Origin: Thalia democratica
Lineage: Eukaryota
Direction: 5' to 3'
Length of the DNA stretch: 64,000 nt
Assembly (NCBI GenBank): GCA_965202585.1
Contig: OZ241832.1
Span: forward strand, 23,250,001 to 23,314,000
The notes beneath the pieces were generated by a model, which was not told the origin of the DNA, ran no database searches, and saw nothing but the letters and a program-made list of their open reading frames with translations. Positions 23,654 through 37,300 of this stretch are shown piece by piece. How positions within the stretch are numbered: the stretch's first letter is position 1; each line of letters begins with the position of its first letter. Made by a program: the position numbers and the translations under genes.

Positions 23654-26315
23654 TTAAATTCTTCTGGTTATTAAATATGGAAATGTTGACAAAATAATCT
23701 AGCTGTTGTTGTTAAACTAAAATTTTATTAAACTAAAAAGTTTAAACATTTTTTTTTAATTTAAAAACTCTACTTTATAACTAGTAGTCAGAAAAAAGAA
23801 GTTAATTTTTAAGTCTTATCATTTGTCTAATTGAAACAAAGCTGCAATAAACAAAATAAAACTTTAAGTGTACGGTAGCTTAAAAGTTAAAAGTACTTAT
23901 AATATTAAGTTATTTATTTTAATTCCTAATTTAAAAGCTCTAATTCGTATTTTAAATCTTTACTGTATAGTTTTTACACAGTGACTCCATACAAAATCAA
24001 AAAATTATATTATAAAATTTGTTTTGGTTACTTAAGCAATGTTAAATAATTAAAAAAAAAACTATATTTTAGTCAATACTCTTCGAGACACTAGCTACAA
24101 ATTACTGAACTAAGTGCTTATACTTTGCAGACCTACTAGACCGCCAAGGGCTATATCAAAGTGCTGTTGTGCTGATTGATTCGTAAACCTAAGTTATTTA
24201 AGTTGTTAAACATATTGCAGTTAAAACTTTAATCACTAGATTTAAACTATAAACTGTCAACGGGTTTTTGATATCTTTTCAAAATAAAAATACCAAATGA
24301 GCTCACTGTAAAAATTTTATTTAGGATAACCTTTTGTTTATTTAAAGTTATTTTTAATTAATCATACTAATTCATAAGAGTAATATTTTGTATTATAATC
24401 TTTTTAAATTAAACATAACTAACTTTATGCCAGAATTTGATAGTGTAAAGCTATGTCAACATTTATATAGCAAAACGGTTTGTGGCTATTCAAATTCCGT
24501 TTTCTTCGGAAATAAAAATAAATTTCTGAAAGGCATAAATTATATCACTTAATGTTTAAGCTACTTTCAAAACAGCTACCAGTTACCGTTTGAGTATACC
24601 ATCTACATTTAAACGTTAATCCGTATTGATTAAACGCAAACCCAAATTAAAGCTTATTTATATTTGCAAGCCAGCGTACTAAGTGGCACAGCTACCTTAA
24701 ACATCATTAGTGTATGTTATGCGGTATAAAAATATTATGTAAAATATTTTCTAATGTTGATTAACGAGAGGATTGTTTGCGTTTTATGTAAACTCGAAAA
24801 CATTATCTTCATATACTATTTTTCACATAAGTTTATTATGAGTTTTTTGATTTCCATGTTAGTTTTTGATAAACGTTAGTTTAAATTATTTTAGAGTACT
24901 ACTAGTTTATTACATTTTTGTACATAGTTAAGTTAAACTAGCAATGTTCTATTCAAAGGTATTATTTACCCAACATATTTTTTTCATTTCTGTTAAACTT
25001 TTTTTTGTATACATATTGGTACTTACACTTGTTTATAGATTTATAGTTTATTATCTTTAACAATTATATTAACTATACACTTTGTAACACTTCAACAGTG
25101 TTTTTCTTTCTTTCTTTTCTCTAAGTATTCAAACCACTTAAATTTAGTAACGTGCTTGTTTTGGTGAGTTAGTTTTTAGTATCTTAGTGATAAAGCCTTA
25201 TTGCTTGCAAGTGTTGTGTTCGCATCGTACTGTTTTTTATATGAACTTTTGAATTAAAGTAGTTTATTTGTACAGTTTGTTTTATTGTGATTTCGCGTTT
25301 TCTATTCATCGTAATACAGCTTTTTGTTTCTAAGACTCGATTTCTTTATATACTATTAGTTTAAGCATTCTAACTACGTTATTACTTTATTAGGCTAAGC
25401 TTAAATGACAGTCTAAGTTTGAATTTGCGTTTTATTAATCGACTTAGCTAAGTCAACTCTAAACATTTAAATAACCGTCACCGATATTGTTATAACGCGT
25501 TAAGTCAGTTAATATCCAGTTTCGTGTAACTAAGTAACAACTAAGCATCGTGTGATCGGCAAATGGTGACCCGGACGTGATTCAAACTTCAAAGCTTTAA
25601 TCGTAAAGCGGTATTTTGATAACAGATACAATGATGTAAAAATTTTTTTGCAAAATGCTAAACATAACAAAAATATTAATTGAGTTAAGCAAAATTTTGA
25701 AATATCTGTGAAAATAATAATTTTGAAATTGTTACTTCATAAGATAATGACAACAACTATTTATTATTTTTGAAATTAATTCCATATTTTTTTGTCTCAT
25801 TCACAAAAGTTTACTCATAAAACTTAACGTGTAAACCTTGTATTTGTTCAAGATTTTTTTTGCGTTAAAAATGTCTTATATAACTTTTGAAAATTAAGTT
25901 TAGAAACTAAAATAATAATTTAAAAAAATTTAGTCAAAAATTTTTAATCCTTAACATAAGGAAACTTTAATAGTTGCTCTACGATTAGAACTTAATAAAG
26001 TAATACTAAAGTAAGTATATTATTGTATTATAACAAGATTACTGTATAAATGTATTAAAATTATTATAAAAATGTTATTTAACTCAAATTTCAAAACCCT
26101 TTTTACCTAATTTTACTACACTTTTTAAAACAAGAGATTCTATATAATATTCTACAGTCTATGAGTTTTTTATCTTTTTTATTCATTAACATTGTTATAA
26201 ACTTAATTCTAACTAGTTAGGTGAAATAACTACTTTAACCTTCAATATTAACAACACATAAAGTTTATTTTAAAATGACATAAACAAAAAGAGACAAAAA
26301 GAACTAGTTAATGTA

Positions 26316-28490
26316 TTATAATTCCTCAACACATTTTGGCATTGCAGACCACTTTCCATCAGATTGACATTTAATCACCTGAGGGCCGGCTCTGTTTGAA
26401 ATAGATGTTATTGCTTTTTTGTAAAATAAAAAAATAAATCTTTGATTTCTAAAGAATTTACGTTTTAGTTGATACTTTGTAAAGTTTGAAAGTATTCGAA
26501 AACCCTTTAAACCAAACTTTCTTTTAACCAAACAAGATAGGTAGATGTAATTGCGCACAATAAACGCGTAACTAAAAGACAATTTAACTAACAATCATAA
26601 GTTTAACACTTAAAAAAAACCTTTCAAATCCCGACTTGCAGAACACACTGAGTTTCTCATTGTATCGGTAGGGTCTCGGCTCTTCGAGTATTGGCTGGTA
26701 GGGTCCCTCTAAAATCATGGTCTTCACGTTAAGGATGTCGTGGGGTTCTTGGCTGCATACTATCGGTTTGCATTCGGGTATTTCACCTACCCATTGACCA
26801 TTTTCGCCGCAAACTGTTGTTTTGAGTTTTGCTTTGTTGATTTGTTATTTTTTGATAAATAAAACTATAGACTGTTTTATGATTATCTCCAAAATAGTCT
26901 TTTTAAAACTAAAACTTGTGCTTTACATATATAAACTAAAATAAATTAACTAATGAATGTTGTTGAATAATATAGGGATTGCAAGAACATTTGACGGTAA
27001 ATTTTAAAACAATCTTTTTTTATACTTCAATTTCACAGGTTTAAAAAGAAGTAAACTTTAAGACTTAAGTTTTTAATAATAACTTAACTAAACTTAACAT
27101 AACTTAACAACTTAATTAAACTATTTTGGTGTATTTGTAACAAAGTTATCAGATTTTAAAAATAATTTTTATGATTGCTTTTTTTAAACTTAACTTTTGA
27201 GTTGTATAGTATAATAACTGTTATTTAATTTCAATATTCAAAATAAACATATACTTTTTTTTTACTAACCAACAGTGTTTGTTTCGCTACTAATTTCGAA
27301 CCCACTCTCACAAGAGTAAGTGGCAACGCTGCCTATCTTTTTTTCAACTGAACCTCCAACATTTACTTTTCCGTATTTTGGCAAAACTGGGGAATTTTTG
27401 CATTTTATCTCTTCGCATGTAGGTGTGGGATTTGACCATTTTCCTGCAATAAAATTATAATGAACATTAATTTTTTAACTTTATCTAAAAAATGATACCT
27501 ATGTTTTTTCAGTTGAAAATGAAGACTTATTTGAAACTAATATATAAGTTTATCTATTGTCAAAGCATTTACATGTGCTTAAAATGAGTATCTTTACAAA
27601 ATTCTTTGAGCATTCAGGCTCTATTTACAAAGATGAAAAACTAAGTAGTTTTTATTGTGGAAGAGACAGTGTTAACACAGAAAATTACTAATTAGTCATG
27701 CTTTTGTGAATTTTATGGAATTTAGTATATAAAAAGATAAAAAAAAAGCAACTTATTGCATAAAACGATTAATTTTATCAAGTTTTTTCGAATTATTGAA
27801 AACTAACCATATTTCAAACAAGTTGCTTCGCTTTCGCCATTCAACTTGAATCCTTTTTCGCAGGAATACTTCATAACACCTCCTTGTTTAAAGCTCTGAC
27901 CTTCTATCGTTCCATCCACTATGTAACCAGGTGAAGGGCAATCTTTTAAAATAAAGTTTTAGTGAATAGCTGTAAGTTATGTTTGTTGTAAAGAGCAAAC
28001 ATTGTAACTAAGTTTATAACGTATTACTACGTATGGATATTTAATTAAAATCTTCTTTTGGTAGTCATTTCAACTTTTCAGTGTTGATAAATAGTTTCAA
28101 CAACTGTTAATAAATAGTTATTGGTAGTAGGTATTCTCTGTTATTCATTAAAACTAGTAAATTGAAGACTATGCTTCATAAGATATAAATCAATAACTAA
28201 AAAAATACATTATTAAATTTTTTTTTTTTTATTTCACGTATATAACTCAAACCTTTATTCATTAAACGCTTATCTTCTTCTAACTTTCTACAGTTTTCTC
28301 TCCTTTGAATTTTTCTGCATCCTGTAGTAAAAAAACCAAGGGCCGCACAAGACTGCAGTTGTTTTTTGAATCTCGGCTTGTCGGTTCCTATTAAGTCTTT
28401 CGCAGTGCATTGCTTCTCACGTACAGCACTAGCCGAACTCAACAGAACGAAGAAAAGAATAATACTCAACAAACAAAAATTTACTCGCAT
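26316..28490 (-). CDS. Secreted protein: basic 4-Cys N-terminal domain + 3 CCP domains, paralog A; complement(join(26316..26391,26621..26813,27270..27443,27808..27942,28253..28490)), ~271 aa
   Basis: Signal peptide MRVNFCLLSIILFFVLLSSASA; CCP motifs CPSP..YSC..TC..W..PTC, C..YSC..VC..W..PEC, C..FC..KC..W..PKC; no TM segment. Exons 2-4 equal paralog B in length (135,174,193). The exon-1 donor is ambiguous (28253 GT versus the homologous 28274 AT). Confidence 0.85.
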
Positions 28491-29524
28491 TTTTTATTCC
28501 AAAATATTAATACTTTTTTAAATCTAAAAGAGTAGTTTTATATAAAAGAATTTTTATATTAGAAATATTTATTTTTATAGGTATTAAGTAGGTTAAACAG
28601 CAGTTTAAGAGCTTAAGTACTTATAACATAATTCAAGGTTTATCAAGTTTATTGAGACATAGCTTTATTACCATTATAAGTAATTAGCTTCTACAAAACT
28701 TAGTTATATTGACACTATATACTAATTTTAATACATATGCCTAGTACAACTATTCTTTTATTAAGTAATTAAGATCATCAAGCTCATTGTGAAGTAGAGT
28801 ACTATGGATATGACATAATAAACTGTTTTTTAGTACACTAAAGACAGATAAGTTGTTTAAAAACAATACTAAATATTCATTGAATGTTTTCAAAATTATA
28901 TAACTCCAATTAATACGTTTTACTGTCTTTGTTGATATTTTTAACTAAGCTTACTTAAAATTATGATCTTAACATATTAGTGAGAGTAGTTTGCTAAAAA
29001 CGTACTTATAGTTTTAGAAGTCAATAGAGTAACAAACTTCACTATGAAAATAATTCAAATTTAAAATTAAACAATAAAAATTTTTCCAGGTGTGTAAGTC
29101 AAAAAAATATTGTTCAGGTATTGTAGTTTACTTATAATATTTACGTCCGATTCTCACTGTAAATATTTTTACATGCAAACGTTGTCAGCGATTACAAATA
29201 TGATGTGCTCACTAACCTGGATTCTAATGGTAAATGTTAAGGTATATATAAAACTAGCATGACAATAAAAGGACATGTTGTATTAAAGTTGCAAACACTA
29301 ACAAATAAATAAAGAACATAAAATTTAAAAATTACTCTAAATGAGGTCAAAAATTTTACACAAGAATTAAATCTAACAGTAATTATACTTTGAGAATGTT
29401 TCAATTATAATGATAACTAACTGTTTAAAACTAAAACTATAAAAAAAATATGAGAAGAAAACAATGTTAAATAAAAACTTTACACAAAACAATCAAACAA
29501 TATAAATGTCTACCCTTGAACATG

Positions 29525-30507
29525 CATGGTTGCCACTGATCAAGCTGAGAAAAATTTCCTGACTTTTCCTGACTTTTTACCAACATTTTCTAAATCAGTT
29601 ATACTTATATAAATTGTTCACTTAGTTTAATAAAGTACTACCCAAACTATTTAATATAAAATCCTTAAATTAAAAATCAATTAAAAAATAATATACTTAA
29701 GTAACTATGAAAAAAAGATTTGAAAAAGTAAGCTATATATCTGTTGTATAAAATATTTCCTCTTATCATTTAGTAAAAATTTGTAACAAATAATATACTC
29801 TTATTTACTTTAAAAATCTAGTTACTTTACAAAAAATACAAATAATAAGTAAACTTAATCTTAGCATATACCTCTCTTATAACTTAATTTATAAATTTAA
29901 ACAGCTTTGAAAAAATTATAAAGATGTAAAGTATACACATTAACTTGTTACATAAAATACTAAACTAGCTGCTTAATTATAAAGAACTCAATTATTTAAA
30001 CAAAAACATTTTGATTCTAAAATTATGCTAGATAAACTTTTGTGTATACATCACAGTTTCACTATGGAAAGGTTCTTGCTACAGATCATCAATACTAAAA
30101 AGCTTACAAAATCTAGTTGTTCAAGTAGTGTACTTGTTCAATATGTTAATAGAATTTTTTTGCAGTTATATAAAGGATATTTTACTAATTTATACTAGGT
30201 GAAAGCATTGTAAATAAAATTAAATATTTTTGTAAATTTCTAGGAAAGTTTTGGAATTTTTTTTCTTACTTTAAAGGACTTTTAATTAATTTTTACCATT
30301 TGAAGGCTTTGGAAAACAAAGAATTTTGTAAATTTAAACTAAAAAAATCAGACTTTTTTTTTTTAATTTTATCAAACTTCATGACTTTTCCTGACTTTTT
30401 TTCAAAACCCCCCATTTTTTTCTGACTTTTCCTGACTTTTTTCATTAAAAAAAGTTTTTCTGACTTTTCCTGATTTCCTGACTTTTTCTGACCGAGTAGC
30501 AACCCTA
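29525..30507. mobile_element. Non-autonomous TIR element (~980 bp, GGTTGC-type TIR)
   Basis: Ends CATGGTTGCCACT / AGTAGCAACCCTA with subterminal TTTTCCTGACT repeats at both ends. Flanked by AACATG on both sides; the empty site is seen at ~32500. Confidence 0.75.
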
Positions 30508-31439
30508 AACATGTTTACTGCAGCAGGCTGTGGCTAGAATGCCCCGACCACCTCTATGGCTGGTTTATATAACAATGTTCTTAACTCTATTCTATATAAC
30601 ATCAGAAATTTCTTATCTGCTCTTTATTTTCTCCTTATCTTAACTTGCATCAGTAAAACACTTGACCTTGCGAGCTTTCTCTTAAACGCTTGGATAAACA
30701 AGGATTTTAGCTAAAAACTTTCCATAAAATTTAAACATTTATTAAGTGCAATTTGATATCCCTTTACAAAGTAAATTTAATTTTCTATAAGTAAATTTTT
30801 CCTTATAAAAATTAAATAAAAAATAGTATTTTGATATGATTAATCTTATTTTCTAATGTAAAACTTTTTTTAGCCTATTAGCAAACACCAGACAAGTATT
30901 TTTCGCCTTGAACTCATACTGTTATACTTTCTCATCTTTCACTTTTTAAATAAAATATTCACTCTGCATCTCCTCTGCATTTTTTATGAAAACAAACACT
31001 AACCTTCCTTCATAAACTAGAAAAAAATGCATCATTTCAAAAAAGTTATTGGCTCAAAATTACTATTAAGATTTAAAAAAAAAGGCTAGAAAAAAAAAAA
31101 TTAAACATTTTTTTTTACAAAAGGCTACTAGCTCTAAACAGTTTTCCATTACTAATAATCCAAAAAATCAGATGTGTTTACCAAGCTTTAACAATTCACT
31201 TTAACTTTTAAGTAATTTTAAACATGTGTCACAACCTACTTTATAAATTGGAGAAATTGAAAAACAGATACAAAATAAAAACACAAAAAAGTCACTTCAA
31301 ATGTCATACCTATGCAAAATCCTATGATATAAATTCCTAAACATTATAGCAAGTTACTGGATTTTGCTGTCTTAGTTACTTATAGTTGTTGTCTTGTTCT
31401 ATTAAGATTTAAGAGCCTCACATAAATTTAATATTATTC

Positions 31440-31630
31440 ACTTTTTGGACTAAATTTTGTCAGATCTACTTTGAATTTATGGACTAAACTTTTTCAGTTC
31501 TACTGTGAGTTTTTGAACTAAATTTTTACAGTTCAATTTTGACTTTGTGGACTTTAAATTTTCCAGTCCCTCTTTGACTTTTTTGAGTAATTTTGTCAGA
31601 TCTATTTTGACTTTGTGGTCTAAAACTCGG
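31440..31630. repeat. Degenerate ~35-36-bp tandem repeat within the 2-kb unit (second copy ~33280-33470)
   Basis: Repeated TGGACTAAATTTTGTCAGATCTACTTTGA-like units. Confidence 0.7.
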
Positions 31631-34355
31631 GCAAAACCCTTTGTAATTTATTTGACCTAAACTTTGTCACTTACTTTCTGTGGCTTAAGGACTTATATTG
31701 TGTCTTTGTACCTTTGTGGTTTAATTGTCACCTACTTGTGTGACTTGAATACTTAAACTGATTCAATACCCTTTGTGGTTTACCTTTTAATTTTACTGTG
31801 GCATGTTTACCAATATGACCAATTATTGCCTGATGTTATTTTCAAGCCCCTATGTTTTTATAGTTATGGTTAAACCTAAAGGGCTTCTAACAGAGCAGAT
31901 AATAAATGTAAGTATAGTTTCTTAAAAATTAAATTCATGCTTTATTGTAATTTTCTCCTCTACTGTTAAATAAATTGCGCTGAACAGTAAAAAAAGACAG
32001 AATATAATAAACATGTGATGAATACTACCTTAAAATTAAAGCTTATACACTAGTAAAATTTAATTGGGTAAAATTTGTCTTGGTCTTATTTAACTCTTAC
32101 TTTAAAAGTAATTATTTACCTGATGACACCAATTGTAACCCATAGGTGTAGATTATTTAAATATTAAACTTGTACTATTATGCTAGATGCTGATATTAAA
32201 CAATACATAGGGCTACTTTATATAAACTATAAGTGACATGAAAGAGCATAATGTAGTAAAGAACAATTGCAAACACTAACAAATATATAAAGAACATCAA
32301 ATTTAGAAAGTACTTTATATGTGGTTAAAACTATTTCACAAAAATTATATCTAACAGTAATTATACTTTGAGAGTGTTTCAATTAGAATGAGAACTAACT
32401 GTTTAAAACTAAAACTATATAAAAATATGAGAAGAAAATAATGTTAAAAAAATACTTTACACAAAACAATCAAACAATCTTAATGTCTACCCTTGAATAA
32501 CATGTTTACTGCAGCATGCTGTGGCTAGAATGCCCCAACCACTCTCTATGGCTGGTTTATATAACAATGTACTTAACTTTATTCAATATTTCATCAGTAA
32601 TTTCTTATCTGCTCTTATTTTTCTCCTTATCTTAAGTTGCATCAGTATAACACTTGACCTTGATCCGAGCTTTCTCATAAACGCTTGGATGGACAAGGAT
32701 TTTAGCTAAAAGTTTTCCATAACATTTAAACAGTTATTAAGTACAATTTGATATCCTCTTACACTTTCTCATCTTTCACTTTTAAAATTAAATATTCACT
32801 CTGCATCTCCTCTGCATTTTTTTATGAAAACAAACACTAACCTTTCTTCATAAACAAGAAAAAATGTATCATATCGATAATGTTATTTGTCTTAAAATTA
32901 ATATTAAGGTTAAAAAAAGAAATAAAACAAGACCAGAAAATAAAATAATTAAACATTTTTTTACTAAAGACTACTAGCTCTAAACAGTTTTCTGTTATTA
33001 ATAAAAAACAAATGATGTGTTTACCAAGCTTTAACAATTCACTTAAACTTCTAAGTAATATTAAACATGTGTCACAACCTACTTTATAGATTGCAGAAAT
33101 AGAAAAATAGATACAAAATTAAAACACAAAAAAGTCAGTCAAATGTCATAATTATGCAAATCCTATGATATAAATTCCTAAACATTTTAGCATGTTACTG
33201 GTCTTTGCTGTCTTAGTTACTTATAGTTGTTGTCTTGTTCTGTTAATATTTAAGAGCCTTACATAAATTTAATATTATTCACTTTTTGGGCTAAATTTTG
33301 TCAGATCTACTTGGAATTTATGGACTAAATTTTGTCAGTTCTACTTTGAGTTTTTGGACTTAATTTTAACAGTTTAATTTTGACTTTTTGGCCTTTAAAT
33401 TTTCAGTTCCTCTTTGACTTTTTTGAATAATTTTGTCAGATCTATTGGAACTTTGTGGTCTAAAACTGGGGCATAACCCTTTCTAATTTATTTGACCTAA
33501 ACTTTGTCAATTACTTTCAGTGACTTAAGGACTTAAATTGTGTCTTTGTACCGTTTTGGTTTAATTTGACTGAAACATTGTCACCTACTTGTGTTACTTG
33601 AAAACTTAAACTGAGTAAATACCCTTTGTGGTTTACTTTTTAATCTTACTGTGGCTTTATTATCAATACGACCCATTATTGCTTGATGTTATTTTGAAGC
33701 CCCTATGTTTTTATAGTTATGGTTAAACCTAAAGGGATTTTAACAGGGCAGATATTAAATGTAATAAAAGTTTCTTAAAAATTTAATTCATGCTTTACTG
33801 TAATTTTATCCTCTACTGTTAAATAAACTGCCCTGAATAATTAAATGAAAAAATATAATAAACATGTGATGAATAATAACCTATGAATAATAATAATAAT
33901 CTATGAATAACTACCTTAAAATTAAAGCTTATACACTAGTAAAATTTAATTGGGTAAAAATTGTCTTGGTCTTATTTAACTCTTACCTTAAAAGTAATTA
34001 TTACCTGATGACGTCAATTGTAACCCATAGATGTAGATTATTAAAATATTAAACTTGTACGGTTATGCTAGATGCTGATATTAAACAATACATAGTGCTA
34101 CTTTATATAAACTATAAGTGACATGAAGGGCATAATGCATTTAAGAACATTTGCAAACACTAACAAATATATAAAGAACATCAAATTTAGAATGTACCTT
34201 AAATGTGGTTAAAACTTTTTCACAAGAATTAAATCTTATAGTAATTATACTTTGAAAATGTTTAAATTAAAAAATTAAAATGAGAACTAACTGCTTGAAA
34301 CTAAAACTATAAAAAATTATGAGAAACAAAATTATGTTAAGTAAATACTTTACAC

Positions 34356-37300
34356 CAGTGGTCGGCACGGTGTACACGAAATTTATTTTGGGGTGCACGA
34401 AACTTTTAGAGTACACGAAAGTCATTTAGGGGTGCACAAAATTTTGAGATTACACAAAACTTTTTTTTTTGTCTTAATTTTATTATATTTATTTAGTTTA
34501 AGCGACATACTTAAATATTTAAGTTAAATCTAGCCCTGGTGTTTAGTTTAGCTTTTAATTTATTGGCCATTTTACTCTCATGATCTATTTTGGTATTGAA
34601 AATCACATAACACTCTTTATATCAACATTGAGGAAGCAGTTTGCATCTGAAAGAATTGAGAGAAAGCTCGAAGATCTTGTGAAATCAGTTGGCTGATGTG
34701 GAGGAAGCTTTCATCCAGCTAAGATCATGAATATATTAAAAGGTTAGTATTTTTCTTTTTACTTACAGTATTAGTAGATTACAGTATTTTGCTTAGTGAA
34801 GAAAGTTTCTTTTATAAATTATTAATACTACCTACTTTTAAAACTAAACAATTATTTCTTTAAAAATATTCACATGATAATTATAATATTTTTATACTTA
34901 AAGGAAAATTAAAGAATTTATGTTCAATAAAAAATACTTAAATAAGATAAAAACAGTTAAAATATATTAAAAAAAAATTCTAAATAGATTCATAACAGTA
35001 GTAATGAACAAGTTTTAAGTAACAGCTTTAAGTTTTGAATAACATAAGTTAAGTAAATATTATACCTTTGAATTTATTTTATTATTTAATTAATTAACCA
35101 ATCCATAATTGAATAGTACATATAAAATTTGAAGAAAATATAGGCTTAAATTGACATTGAGTTGCCACCTACTGAGGATAGTTTAAATTTTATAAAAGTT
35201 TTTGAAAATCTCAAGATGGCTAGAACTTTTCTGTTCTTTTTCTTAATCTCAGGCTAGCTAGGTATGCTTTTTATTAAACTACTTGTTACTAAAATTTATT
35301 GACTTTAAAAATTGAAAATTTTATTCTCTTAATTATTTTATTTACTAGCTATTTTGATCTGTTGGTTTAACCAAATATGTCGTATCTGTTGTATGATTCA
35401 AGGTTGCCACACACTCAGCCTAAATGTTTTTTTTTTATTAGAAATAAAGTCTTATTAAGCATGTTATTTTTCTTGCAAAAGTTAGTCTAGTTTTGGACTT
35501 GTGTAGAATATTTGAATGTATGTATGATTTTTTTTTTGAAATATAAAAAAATTATTTAGTCATTTATCAAAATATTAATTTAAGTATACTGCTACTTTTG
35601 AGCTTTGAATTTCTCTTTTCTTTATTAAACTCAAAATGACCAAGGCTAGTTTTATTGTAACTAATACAGAGTCCTACACTTAGTGCAACTCAGGACAGTA
35701 TAAATATTTTACAATTCTCAGGATAATTTGTTTTTTGAATCTTTTTCCAATATTTTCTATTTCATTAAATAAAACTTCTTTGTTGTAGTTTCAAATTTTT
35801 TTTTTAAAATTCCAATTTTGATGAATAACCTGAGTTGTTTTTTAAACTTTAATTATATTGAATATTTATATATGATGTTTTATAAAAATTTTAAAGTTAA
35901 AGAGTCACTATAGTTTTTTAACTCAAAGAGTAACAACAGTGCTAATGCTTGATCTTTAATTTATGAATTAAACTAAGCAGTAATTTAATAGTTTTGTTAG
36001 AAGAGTTATAGTATGTGTTTCTAAGATGTAAATCTTTCTTTATGCCTACCAAACATTTAAAAAAAGACTAAACAATTTTGTTTAGAATTTTATAATAATT
36101 TATAATTTTATATTAAAAACCAAAAAATTATTATTTGTGTAATGTTAAGCTAGTTTTTTTCTGTTTTAGTTGTGCTTATTTGAAAATAGTTTTTTTTTAA
36201 ATGTTTTAAAATGATGTACATATCCTCAGTTGTTTTACTTAATTTGAATATTTTGAAAGAAAACACACTGTTAATTGATATCAATTTCATTTTTTCTATT
36301 ATGTAAATGCAACAATATAGACAATATGATAATATTTTAAAGGTATTATGATACTTTATCAAAACTTAGACTAGTAAGAATTTAAAAAACACCCATTTTA
36401 GGTTAGAATGTTTTTCCTGAGCTTGAGCCTGGTTTTGATTTTTGATTAACAACCCTTTTTACCTTAAAACTATAAAAGTAAAAGTAATTTTTAAAACTAG
36501 TTTAAAAATGTATGTTTGTTATAAATTTGATATTTCAGGTTATCAAAAAGTTTGCCACACAATCAGAATAATCCTGGATGCTTTAAAATTTTGAAAATCT
36601 CAGTATGACATAAGATAACTTAGAAAATTTTGAATTTGTTTTTTAAACCCAGGCTGACTCAAGATAGTTTTTTTTTAACTCAGTATAGTTTTAAGATTTC
36701 AGGCATTTTTTTCCTACATTTTGAATGAGATATAGTTAATATAGTCCCAATGATTTATTTTGTAACTTTTAGTATTTTTTGCTGAAGATGTATGTTTTTC
36801 TTGCCTTTGAAAATAAAAAAATTAAAAAAACTTAGATGACTACAGTTCAGTTTAAAGTCATTCAGGACAGTCTTGATCTGTCAAATCAGTTTTAACCAAA
36901 AGGATTAAAATGCTGTCAAGCTTATTCAACAGTACCTACTTTAAATGTTTGACATAAGAAAAAATGTTTTTTGTTTCAAAGAGGAGCAACTCTGGTCTTA
37001 ATATAATTAAATTCTTTACTTTGCGAATTATTGATTGTCTTTTTGACTTTTTTCTTGCATTTTACAACTTTTACATACTAGAACTCTGACTTTAAATATA
37101 ACTTTTATTTAACTAAGCTAAAAAAAATATAACACAAAAATAATTTTAAATATTTACAGTAAGATATCAAATTAACTGTATAATACTTATCTTAAACCAA
37201 ATGTTTTACTTGAGATGGTTATTTATATTTTTTATAGATATAAAAAGTTTTGTAAGTTAAATCAGCACAATTTTTTTAAAGCTATAAAGTTTTTTTTTAA

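Noticed and set aside
28253-28274. U12-type AT-AC intron in paralog A
   Set aside because: The 5' end is ATAAGC rather than the U12 consensus ATATCCTT, and the intron ends in AG.
30293-33037. ORFs 30293-30502, 32521-32709 and 32837-33037
   Set aside because: They lie in MITE subterminal repeats or the tandem unit; the frames are not conserved between repeat copies.
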